Translations under genes and position numbers: made by a program
NCBI RefSeq assembly: GCF_001194135.2
Contig: NC_068994.1
Location: 36,246,985 to 36,310,984 of the forward strand
Source of the DNA: Octopus bimaculoides
Taxonomy: Eukaryota
Reading direction: 5' to 3'
Length of the DNA stretch: 64,000 nucleotides
Notes under the pieces: generated by a model
Database searches by the model: none
The model's input: only the letters and a program-made list of their open reading frames with translations
Told to the model about the DNA's origin: nothing
Shown: positions 29,354 through 40,081 of the stretch, one piece after another
How the letters are laid out: each line of letters opens with the position of its first letter
Position numbering within the stretch: the stretch's first letter is position 1

Positions 29354-30503
29354 GTGTAAGAAATTCAGGATATTCATGTGCCAGTGTATGTGAAATTGCA
29401 TGTGTGTGTATGTACTGTGTATGAGTACTAAGACTGCAAAATTAAATACAAATACTAGAATATCCATGTGTATACCATAGAAATGTTTAATATGAAGTCT
29501 GCACAGCATAAGGGTACAAAGTTAATATCAAAGCACAAATTATATCAAGAACATCATTCGTATCCAAAATTCCATGATACATCTAAATGATTTGCTGAAG
29601 CCAACTAAATCGACTTCAGTAAAAGTTGCATATTCAAATGTATTGATATAGTAAAATACACAAATACACATATACATTTAGAGAAAGTCTCTAACCCAAA
29701 GCTTGCTCTTGAGGCTATATCTTTCCATTTGTGTTATTTTATTGTTGTATTCACTACTTGTCAGAGATAGTTAGCTTCAAATCAAAATCCAATTAAATTG
29801 TCAGAATGTGTGCAACTACTGGCGTCCTGTCACACCTATTGTGTTTAATTTCTAATGCTCAGTTCTTAAAAGCATGCCCAATCAACAGAAATCATTTTTT
29901 CAATACCTTCCTTCACTTAATCTACAGCTCTCTAAATATAATACAAGTAATTGAGTAACTAACAGAATTTTCCTTAAAAGCAGCATCTACCATTTCAATA
30001 AAAGTATCATGAATTAGCTCCCATTTTTCAGATCACGTGGGAAATACACACACATAAATGAAGCACACTGGCCGTCACATCCATCTTTATATTTTCGACA
30101 TCATCTCCCATGTTGACCATTATATACACATTATATATAAATACATATACACAGACACATATACATACACACATATTTGTAAACATATAAGCAGGTGCAT
30201 ATATTCATTTCTCCCCACCCACCCGTATGTGTATGTGTGGAAGTGGGTGTGTGTGTAGATAGATATTCTCATATATACACATATATATACATATAAATAT
30301 ATACACATAAACATATACATAATATATACATATATATGTATATATACATAAATATATATCATGTATACATATTATATATATAAATGTAAACACACACATA
30401 CAAATATTCATACATACACATGGACATACACATATATGTGTGTATGTATGTGTGTATGTATGTATGTATGTATGTATCTACCCAGGTCGAGATACACACA
30501 TAC

Positions 30504-30534
<31 letters not shown>

Positions 30535-30788
30535 GATAGATAGATATCATCAGTTTGTGCATCCACTTTTCCATGCTTTCATGGGCTGGACAGAATTTTG
30601 TTGAGGTGGATTTTCTACAGCCAGATGCTTTTCCTGTCACAATCCCTCACCTCAAATAAGGTAATACATCCCCATCATCAAACATTTTCACACATTTGTA
30701 ACGATAGCAGTGACATCCATTTACAACTATCATGTGATGTCAAGGTGATACACACACACATAAATATCTACACACACATATATGCACG

Positions 30789-30828
<40 letters not shown>

Positions 30829-31478
30829 NNNNNNNNNNNNNNNNNNNNNNNNNNNNNNNNNNNNNNNNNNNNNNNNNNNNNNNNNNNNNNNNNNNNNNNN
30901 NNNNNNNNNNNNNNNNNNNNNNNNNNNNNNNNNNNNNNNNNNNNNNNNNNNNNNNNNNNNNNNNNNNNNNNNNNNNNNNNNNNNNNNNNNNNNNNNNNNN
31001 NNNNNNNNNNNNNNNNNNNNNNNNNNNNNNNNNNNNNNNNNNNNNNNNNNNNNNNNNNNNNNNNNNNNNNNNNNNNNNNNNNNNNNNNNNNNNNNNNNNN
31101 NNNNNNNNNNNNNNNNNNNNNNNNNNNNNNNNNNNNNNNNNNNNNNNNNNNNNNNNNNNNNNNNNNNNNNNNNNNNNNNNNNNNNNNNNNNNNNNNNNNN
31201 NNNNNNNNNNNNNNNNNNNNNNNNNNNNNNNNNNNNNNNNNNNNNNNNNNNNNNNNNNNNNNNNNNNNNNNNNNNNNNNNNNNNNNNNNNNNNNNNNNNN
31301 NNNNNNNNNNNNNNNNNNNNNNNNNNNNNNNNNNNNNNNNNNNNNNNNNNNNNNNNNNNNNNNNNNNNNNNNNNNNNNNNNNNNNNNNNNNNNNNNNNNN
31401 NNNNNNNNNNNNNNNNNNNNNNNNNNNNNNNNNNNNNNNNNNNNNNNNNNNNNNNNNNNNNNNNNNNNNNNNNNNNNN

Positions 31479-31529
<51 letters not shown>

Positions 31530-32047
31530 TATAGATGTATGTATTTGTTTTCATTGATAATTGGCAGAAGTTACAGAGGGACTCAAAGGCCTAGAGTTTT
31601 GTGCATTGGTACTTACCATTACACATACATATGTATAGAAATACATAAACATACAGGGCTGGCATCAATTGCCATTTGGTAATTGTGACACATCTTCTGT
31701 ATTTGTCTATGATGTTCTTATACATACCATTTGTTAGTCCAAGTTATTTCTAACTCAATTTTGTTTATATTATAGAAATCACCTGGGCCATAACTGAGTC
31801 CTACTCTTTTTGTATATGTACGAGTCCCTTAGCTACTGAAGATAAGGTATGATAATTATCATACTGATGATGACCATTGGGCCAGAAATATGAATCCATG
31901 GCTGTCCTCCATAAAATAAGCCTGTCCTTTTCTTTAAAAGCACATCGACTTTATAAAATTCTTAATTCTTGAGATTATCTCCCCTATTTATTTGGAGCTG
32001 GTTTCAAATGTAATTTAGTAACTGTGACACAACCCTGAGAGGTAGAG

Positions 32048-32247
32048 ATCATCATCATCATCATCATCATCGTTTAACGTCCGCTTTCCATGCTAGCATG
32101 GGTTGGACGATTTGACTGAGGACTGGTGAAACCGGATGGCAACACCAGGCTCCAGTCTGATTTGGCAGAGTTTCTACAGCTGGATGCCCTTCCTAACGCC
32201 AACCACTCAGAGAGTGTAGTGGGTTCTTTTACGTGTCACCCCACGAA
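32048..32247 (-). mobile_element. Young short RTE-tail copy
   Basis: Nearly identical to 63801-64000; (GAT)n tail. Confidence 0.85.
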
Positions 32248-32980
32248 TCATTATAATAACTCAAGAATTTATGTTATATGTTATTTTATATACTTGTATT
32301 TGTCCATGTTGTTCATATGCATGCTCCTGACCCATCTGAGTTATTCCTTTAATATATATATATATACTTGGATTGAAAATGACTGAACGTATTCCATCAG
32401 GTGTCAGATGATGCTATTAAGTTAGACATGGCCTGGGCCAGTTTTAGCTGAAACATTTCTGAGTTTATCTAAGTTTATACCTTTGCTCACACACACACAT
32501 ACATATATACACATGCACAAATTTTACAAATATGTTCTGGTGCTACATAAAAAGCACTCAGTAGACTCTGTGAAGCGGTTGGCTTAGAAAGGGCATCTAG
32601 CCATAGCAACCATGCCAACGCTCACAGTAGAGGTTGGTACAGTCCTCTGGCTTGCTAGATCCTATCAAACTGTCCAACTCATGCCAGCATGGAAAACGGA
32701 TGTTAGATAATGATGATGATTATGATATCTACTATGTAGGTTTACATATGCTATATCATACCTTGATACTGTGTTTCCCCTTGATAGGTCTCTAGTATTA
32801 AATAAAGTGTTATGACAAGATTTTATATGTATATAAACAGACTGGCTACTAGTTCCACTGGGGTTAGTTAAGCTAGCACAAACCTCTTGTGAGACAACGA
32901 TAAGGAATGAAAACGTTTTAAGAGTAACCGTCATTTCCCTCACCCAATGAATTAGGTAATTTGAAAAGGTTTATATAATT

Positions 32981-33830
32981 ATCGTCATCATCATCGTTTA
33001 ACGTCCGCTTTCCATGCTAGCATGGGTTGGATGATTTAACTGAGGACTGGCAAACCAGATGGCTGCACCAAGCTACAATCTGATCTGGCAGAGTTTCTAC
33101 AGCTGGATGCCCTTCCTAACACCAACCAATCCAAGAGTGTAGTGGGTGCTTTTACGTGCCACCGGCATGAGTGCCAGTCAGGCGGTACTGGCAACAGCCA
33201 CGCTGAAGTGGTGTTTTTAATGTGCCACCTGCACAGGAGCCAGTCCAGCGGCACTGGCAACGACCTCGCTCGAATGCTTTTTCACGTGCCACCGGCACAA
33301 GTGCCAGTAATGTGATGCTGGTAACGATCACGCTCGAATGGTGCTTTTTACGTGCCACCAGCACGGAAGCCAGTCAGCTGGTCTGGCAGCGATCACACTC
33401 AGATGGTGTTCCTAGCATTCCACTGGCATGGGTGCCAGTTATCGAATTTGCAAATTTGATTTGATTTCGATTTCACTTGCCTCAACAGGTCTTCGCAAGC
33501 AGAGTTTAGTGTCCAATGAAGGAAAGGTTCACATAAGTAGGCTGGTTACACCCCTGTCATAGGCCACGGGTTATGGTCTCATTTGGCTTGCTGGGTCTTC
33601 CCAAGCACAGCATATTTCCAAAAGTCTCAGTCACTAGTCATTGCCTCAGTGAGGCCTAATATTCAAAGGTTGTGCTTCACCACCTCATCCCAGGTCTTCC
33701 TGGGCCTACCTCTTCCACAGGTTCCCTCAACCGCTAAGGTATGGGACTTTTCACACAGTTATCCTCATCCATTCTAGCCACATGACCATACCAGCGCAGT
33801 CGTCTCTCTGGCACTGGTATGGTCATGTGG
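32981..33830 (-). mobile_element. 5'-truncated RTE LINE with about 65-bp tandem array in its 3' UTR
   Basis: ERRLRWYGH codons at about 33781-33808; about 5 units of tttacgtgccacc..ggcaacg at 33145-33440; (GAT)n tail. Confidence 0.85.
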
Positions 33831-34092
33831 AAATTATACATATACATATTCACCATTCCTCATCATTTAATGTCCACCTTTTCATCATTACATGCCTTGC
33901 ATAAGCTGAATGAAATTTATTTGTGGCAGATTTGCTTGTTACCAACACTCACCTATTTCTAAGCAAGGTAATATTTCCACATGGACAGATATATTCTCAA
34001 GGAATATCTCATTGCTTGTATGACAGTGACATTCATTTACAACTGTTACACAATGTCAAAACAAAAAGACACAAACACATACACATATATAC

Positions 34093-34258
34093 ATATGGTA
34101 GATTTCTATAAGTTTCAATCTTCCAAATCCATTCACAAGACTTTGTTCACCCTGGGGCTACTGTAGAAGACTCTTTTCCAAGGTACCATGCAGTAGGATT
34201 GAACCCAGTACAATGTGGTTGGGAAGCAAACTTCTATCTACACTCTCATGCCTGTACC
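34093..34258 (-). mobile_element. tRNA-headed SINE, partial (same family as 62427 and about 48860-48997)
   Basis: Reverse complement aligns with the head at 62427 (..gcttcccaacc..ttgtga.tg.attt..gaaact). Confidence 0.65.
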
Positions 34259-34265
34259 TATATAT

Positions 34266-35170
34266 ATCATCACCATCATCATCGTTTAACATCTGCCTTC
34301 CATGCTGGCATGGGTTGGACGATTTGACTGAGGACTGGCGAACCAGATGTCTGCACCAGGTTCCAATTTGATCTGGCAGAGTTTCTACAGCTGGATGCCC
34401 TTCCTAACGCCAACCACTCAGAGTGTAGTGGGTGCTTTTACGTGCCACTGGCACAAGGGCAAGTCAGCGGTACTGGCAATGGCCACGTTCAAAATGGTGT
34501 TTTTTACGTGCCACCTGCACAGGAGCCAGTCCAGCAGCACTGGCAACGACCTCGCTCAAATGTTTTTTCATGTGCCACCGGCACAAGTNNNNNNNNNNNN
34601 NNNNNNNNNNNNNNNNNNNNNNNNNNNNNNNNNNNNNNNNNNNNNNNNNNNNNNNNNNNNNNNNNNNNNNNNNNNNNNNNNNNNNNNNNNNNNNNNNNNN
34701 NNNNNNNNNNNNNNNNNNNNNNNNNNNNNNNNNNNNNNNNNNNNNNNNNNNNNNNAACGATCACGCTCAAATGGTGCTATTTACGTGCCACTGGCATGGA
34801 AGCCAGACAGCTGCTCTGGCAATGATCATGCTCGGACGGTGCTCTTAGTGCTCCACTGGCACAGGTGCCAGTCATCGAATTTGATTTAATTTCAATTTCA
34901 CTTGCCAACAGGTCTTCGCAAGCCGAGTTTAGTGTCCAATGAAGGAGAGGTTGGCATGGGTGCCAGTTGTTGAATTTGGACCGATTTCATTTGCCTCAAC
35001 AGGCCTTCGCAAACAGAGTTTAGTGTCCAATGAAGGAAAGGTACGCATAAGTGGGCTGGCTACACCCCTGGCAGAGGCCTTGGATTATGGTCTCATTTGG
35101 CTTGCCTGGTCTTCTCACGCACTGCATATTTCCAAAGGTCTCAGTCACGAGTCATTGCCTTGGTGAGGCC
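34266..35170 (-). mobile_element. 5'-truncated RTE LINE 3' UTR copy (gap inside the tandem array)
   Basis: Colinear with 32981-33660. Confidence 0.85.
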
Positions 35171-35171
35171 C

Positions 35172-35857
35172 AAAAATAAAAACTTAGCACCAAGCTTAAG
35201 GATGTACAAGGTATCAAATCTGTTCAGAAATAGGAGTCAAAATCCCAAATCTACCACCGAAAGCACCGAAATATGACAGAGACAACCGTAAGCAAGTGAA
35301 CGGTTAAAGAATTAAACAATGAGAACAATTAAAAACATACTTATATTCACCACAGATAATATTAACAATAATAATATCATTCTTTGAATGTTTACATTCA
35401 AATTTTACTCATAAATATAGTTGCACCCAGGCTGGCTGATTTTGGTGCAAAACGAGTCAGAACACTAATAAATGCTCAACGTGGCAGAGTCAGAATTTTT
35501 CCTTGCCAATTTATGCTGACGAGGGTTGAGGTTCACGGGCCAGAACCCGAAACCATTGTACATGAATATCCAAATGACATAATCCTTAATAGTAAGTTTT
35601 TATTAGTTAACTCTTTAACCATTTACTCACTTACTGCTGTCTTCGTCGTATTTCGATGCTTTCAGGAGTGGATTTGGGATTTTGATTCCTATTTCTAAAC
35701 AGGTTTAACACCTTGTGTATCCTTAAGCTTAGTGCTAACTTTTAATTTTAATTTATAGCTATAATGTTATTTAAAAACTTGGAACCATCGATATTATTAT
35801 TGTTGTTATTAACAATTACTTATATTCACCACAGATAGTATTAACAATAATAATATC
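35172..35857 (+). mobile_element. Non-coding hammerhead-containing element: about 480-bp unit with partial direct repeat and an inverted 5' arm
   Basis: 35172-about 35335 is an imperfect inverted copy of about 35591-35750. Segment 35341-35425 recurs at 35820-35857 plus 36396-36444 (period 479). An older homologue of about 35620-35857 lies at about 38460-38705. Confidence 0.7.
35509..35567 (+). ncRNA. Minimal type I hammerhead ribozyme, core intact (family 2)
   Basis: ATTTATG-CTGACGA-GGGTT..AACCC-GAAA-C-CATT-G-TA^CATGAAT. Stem I has 7 bp (one G-U), stem II 5 bp with G10.1-C11.1, stem III 2 bp plus a 4-nt loop. GUA cleavage predicted after 35560. Confidence 0.8.
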
Positions 35858-35940
35858 TTTCTATATTTAAGAGATGAGGAATTATGTACATTACTTACAT
35901 TATTTACATTTGACAGATATTTGTCCTCATCTTGTCAGTT

Positions 35941-35986
35941 AACACAACATTTCGACTGATATACCCTCCAGCCTTCATCAGGTGTC
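35941..35986 (-). ncRNA. Minimal hammerhead motif (family 1)
   Basis: GACAC-CTGATGA-A-GGCTG..CAGTC-GAAA-TG-TT^GTGTT. Core intact; CG>TG change in the palindromic stem III. Confidence 0.6.
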
Positions 35987-36145
35987 TTGGAGAAATTTCC
36001 AACCTGGATTCTCATTCCTAAGGTATTTTTCGATGTTGTTATTATTATTATTATTATTATTATTCAGGTCACTGCCTGGAATCGAACCCAGAACCTTGGG
36101 GTTAGTAGCCCGTGCTCTTAACCACTACGCCATATTAACCAGCAC

Positions 36146-36220
36146 GGGCATATGGCATAGTGGTTAAGAGTGCGGGCTACTAACCCCAACATTCCAAGTT
36201 CGATTCCAGGCAGTGACCTG
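36146..36220 (+). other. tRNA-derived module (A-box- and B-box-like) within PLE family A 3' end
   Basis: TGGCATAGTGG (A-box-like), anticodon-like arm GGG-CTACTAA-CCC, and AGTTCGATTCC (B-box-like). No good acceptor stem, so it is not called a tRNA gene. Confidence 0.7.
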
Positions 36221-36629
36221 GATAATAATAATAATAAAAACAACATTGAAAAATACCTTAGGAATGAGAATCCAGGTTCAAAATTTCCCCAAGACACCTG
36301 ATGAAGGCTGGAGAGTATATCAGCTGAAACGTGTTAACAACAAACAAGATGAGGACAAATATCCGTCAAATGAAAATAATGTAAATAATAATATCATTCT
36401 TCAAATGTTTACATTCAAATATTACTCATATATATATACTTGCAAATTTTAATTTTGGACATAAAGTTACCAAAGGTTTCGTACCCAAAAGGCTGGCTTT
36501 GTGGACACAAAACCTTTGGTAACTCTATATCCAAAATTAAAATTTTTGTTATAAAAATTACTGCTCTATTCTTTAGAGTTTGCTTCTTTTCTGATATATG
36601 TTTTATTAATTAACTATATATACAAGAGT

Positions 36630-36681
<52 letters not shown>

Positions 36682-37203
36682 TATGTGTATAAATATTTAT
36701 ACATACATATATACAGGCATATTCACATATACATACAAACATAAATGTATCATCATCATCATCGTTTAACATCTATCTTCCATGCATGCATGCATGTATA
36801 GGATGGTTCACATGAGCTGGCCTGGTAGAAAAACTATTCTATGCTACTGTGTCTGTTTTGGCAGGTTTTTATGGCTGGATGACCTCCCTAATACCAAATA
36901 CTCTGCATGTATATATATATATATGTGTGTATTTTTTTTTTTTTAGAAAGGCATCTCAATATAGAAACCATGCCATCACAATAGCAAGACAAAATCCTCC
37001 AACAAATTGTATCCTGTCAAAACATTTAACCCTTACTAGCACGAAAAGTGGATGTAAAATAAACTATGATGATAAGAATGACGATATGCATATATAAATG
37101 TACAAGCATTATCTACATATGTGCATGTTTGCATTAATGTGTGTGTTTGTGTGTATTGTAAATGCAATAAACAATATAAAAAACAAAATAGCGAAAATAA
37201 ATA

Positions 37204-37620
37204 CATTATTTACATTTGACAGATATTTGTCCTCACCTTATTCGTTATTAATACAACATTTCAACTGATGTACCCTCCAGCCTTTATCAGGTGTCCTGGG
37301 GGAATTTCGAACCTGGGTTCTCATTCCTAAGGTATTTTCCCAATGTTGCTATTATTATTATTATTATTATGGAATCAAACTCAGAATTTTGGGGTTTGTA
37401 GCCCACGCTCCTAACCACTATGCCATATGCCCATGGGCAATTATGGAGTGAATTTTAGGGCTTATAAATCTAATATTTTCCTATCCTTCCTTAATACCAG
37501 TTCCCATACGCTACTCATATCTGCACTGGGTCTGCTTAGGAGGTTATTATGTCCTAACATACGTGCTGCCTCTTTTAGTGGCCCAAACTTGTACTTCATT
37601 AAAAGGTAGGTGTCCAGATA
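37204..37620 (-). mobile_element. 5'-truncated PLE family A copy (ORF end, tRNA-like module, mutated hammerhead CTGATAA)
   Basis: Colinear with about 47545-47960. Confidence 0.85.
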
Positions 37621-37651
37621 CATTTGACCACATAGGGTATGTATGTGTATG

Positions 37652-37733
<82 letters not shown>

Positions 37734-38376
37734 ACATATGTTTGTGTGTGGATATGTGTATGTGTACCTATTTACCTCTGTATTTATGCATCTATCTATC
37801 TCCTCTTTCTCACTTTCTAACCACATTACAGAGTGTACTAGGTATTCTTTACATGGCACCAGCAGTAGTGATGTCACCAAGTAACTTGCAAGACAAGACC
37901 CCATCAACTGAGTGGGGTAGTAGTACTGAGGGGTAGAGAAAAGAAGTGTTGCATTTGAGGGAGAAACAGAAACATGGCTACTTCAGATGGGGAGGGGAGA
38001 GTGAAAAGATGTGATGGAAGTGGGAGTAGGGGTGAGTGAACAATCCACATATGCATACACACACACACAGTCACATATATTGTACCCAAACAATTATGTT
38101 GTGTGACCAACTGTAGAATTAAAAGAAAAAAATTTGATCCTATACCTATCTCCATATTCTTTATAATTGTTTGACATCTACACTTCTGATAATCTTCATA
38201 AGCTAGAGAAGTGAATCCGGAGTTACCCATCAGAAGAATTACAGTGACATTGCTAATATTCAGCAATCACTGACGCTCAGTACTACTTGATGTGGTTAGC
38301 TGTAATCTGGTATATACCTGAGAGCTACCACAGTACCCGCCTCGATAATTTTATTCCTATACACTCACATCATATA

Positions 38377-38445
<69 letters not shown>

Positions 38446-38829
38446 ATTATGATGATATGTCTTAATTCTTTATCCATTTGCCCAATTACTGTTGTTTTCT
38501 GTCATATTCTCAGTGTTATTGGTGGTTTTATTGGGGTTTTAATTCCTATTTCTAACAGGTTAGGCGCCTAGTATGCCCTTATGCATAATGCTAATTTTAA
38601 TCTATAGCTATTTAATGCTATTCAATATCTGTAACCACCTATATTATTGCAGTTATTATTATCAATTATTTATATTCATTGCAGATTATATTAACAATAA
38701 TAATATTTGAATATTCACTCCTTATTTTATATATATACATGCAAGTATCTTCTATGAGTGTCACATGGCCAAACAAGCTCAATTACACTTTTCTCTTTTA
38801 TAGTTAGATTATTTCTGGTGTCAGGCACC

Positions 38830-39110
38830 AAGGCCATTCACTGCTCCATATTAGGGACACTCTGAAGACTAGCTAGAAACCCTGCACAATAAATTTGAAA
38901 ACATGGTAATCAGAAACACTAAAGAGAGCCCGGTAGAGCTCTTGCTACCAAGACATCTCCAACCAGGTTCAATACTCTGAAGGAGATAAGAGCCAGGTCC
39001 AATCTACCACTAATTAACAGAGACCACCACTACAATGTCTGCAACCAAATCAGAAAATCTCAGATAGGCCTGAATTCCTACATGATATAGCACAACAAAA
39101 AAAATCAAAG
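38830..39110 (+). mobile_element. RTE/BovB-like LINE 3' coding remnant
   Basis: RDTLKTS*KPCTINLKTW..CNQIRKSQIGLNS matches KDTLK..CNID..W and the terminal C2H2-like CxRxxxSxIGLxSH pattern. Confidence 0.65.
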
Positions 39111-39175
39111 AACACTGCACAGCTGTTCTGCTGATCTTTCATTTGTCAAAGCAATGAGAGAGTCCAGTACACATA

Positions 39176-40081
39176 TAGGGTGTTTGGGCTAAATTTGACA
39201 GTTGGCTTAAAAGGAAAACAAATTACAATATTCCATCTAAAAATGAAAGTATTCTTAAAAAATCAAAAACATTTCCACTAGATTATAGCTGAAAGATAAC
39301 ATTTTACTCAAAGTAGCTACCCTCAACTTCCACCTTGGTTTCAAGATGGTTCCAAAACCTGCCACATGCATTTCTCATTGTGTCCCTGGGAAGACCTTTG
39401 AAAATTTCATTGATCTTGGCCACCAGCTCAGCCTTGGTGTTGCAGGTAGTATGGTTGGTGTCTTTTTCAGCTGTACCCCACACATAGTAATCCATGTGAT
39501 TACAATTGAGGGAATTGGGAGACCAGAAATTGGCTGGTGAAGTTATAGAAATTCTCTGATAATCACTTCTGACTCTTTCTGGAGGTATGGCAAGCAACTG
39601 AATCATGCTACCATGCATATGGCCTTCCAATAACAACTCTCTCCAGCCAGGGTTTGACCACGATCTCTAGCAGCTTCACAACCATCTGAATTGAGTCTGA
39701 GACCCACTTCAAAGGTGTAGGGTGGCATGTGTGAGTCACCTTCACTGAAGATACACCTAAGGACCATCACAGTTTAAGGGAATTTGGTTTTCATGATACA
39801 TGAGGCATCACAGAGATTGGAATATTTTAATGTTACAGTGTTCACAGAACATTGAACAGCAGTTGGTATTTTGACAACCACCACGAATCATCATGATACA
39901 GGTAACTCCTTCCCGATATTCAAATGGCTTCGAGTCCTCCATGTCAGCTAACTTTTTCTCAGCTACAACTTTAATCTTCATGCTTTTCAATGCCATTAAC
40001 TTTTTACCAATACATCGAGCTATTCCGAAAAAAAAACACAAGGTAACATCAAAATTGCTAAATTCAGCCCAAACATCCTTT
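39176..40081 (-). mobile_element. Internally deleted Tc1/mariner-superfamily transposon
   Basis: TIRs agggtgtttgggctaaattt / aaattcagcccaaacatcct. Translation MKTKFP*TVMV..EGLRLNSDG-like..WSPNSLNCNHMDYYVWG..NTKAEL..VEVEGSYFE* (ORF 39304-39636). Confidence 0.9.

Larger units (their letters stand above)
35858..36383. mobile_element. Head-to-head palindromic pair of short PLE family A 3'-end copies (tRNA-like head, (AAT)n, hammerhead, tail)
   Basis: Arms 35858-36135 (-) and 36143-36383 (+); 12-bp TSD aataataatatc at 35846-57 and 36384-95. Confidence 0.85.

Noticed and set aside
31864-31890. CTGATGA..GAAA (also CTGAAGA..GAAAC near 38863)
   Set aside because: No G10.1-C11.1 stem II and no stems I/III; chance matches.
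33145-33440. Regularly spaced repeats resembling a CRISPR array
   Set aside because: Eukaryotic context, whole units are homologous (no unique spacers), and the array is part of an RTE 3' UTR.
36146-36220. tRNA gene with ACT anticodon
   Set aside because: No proper acceptor stem, and it is repeated as part of a retroelement. Treated as a tRNA-derived module of uncertain ancestry.
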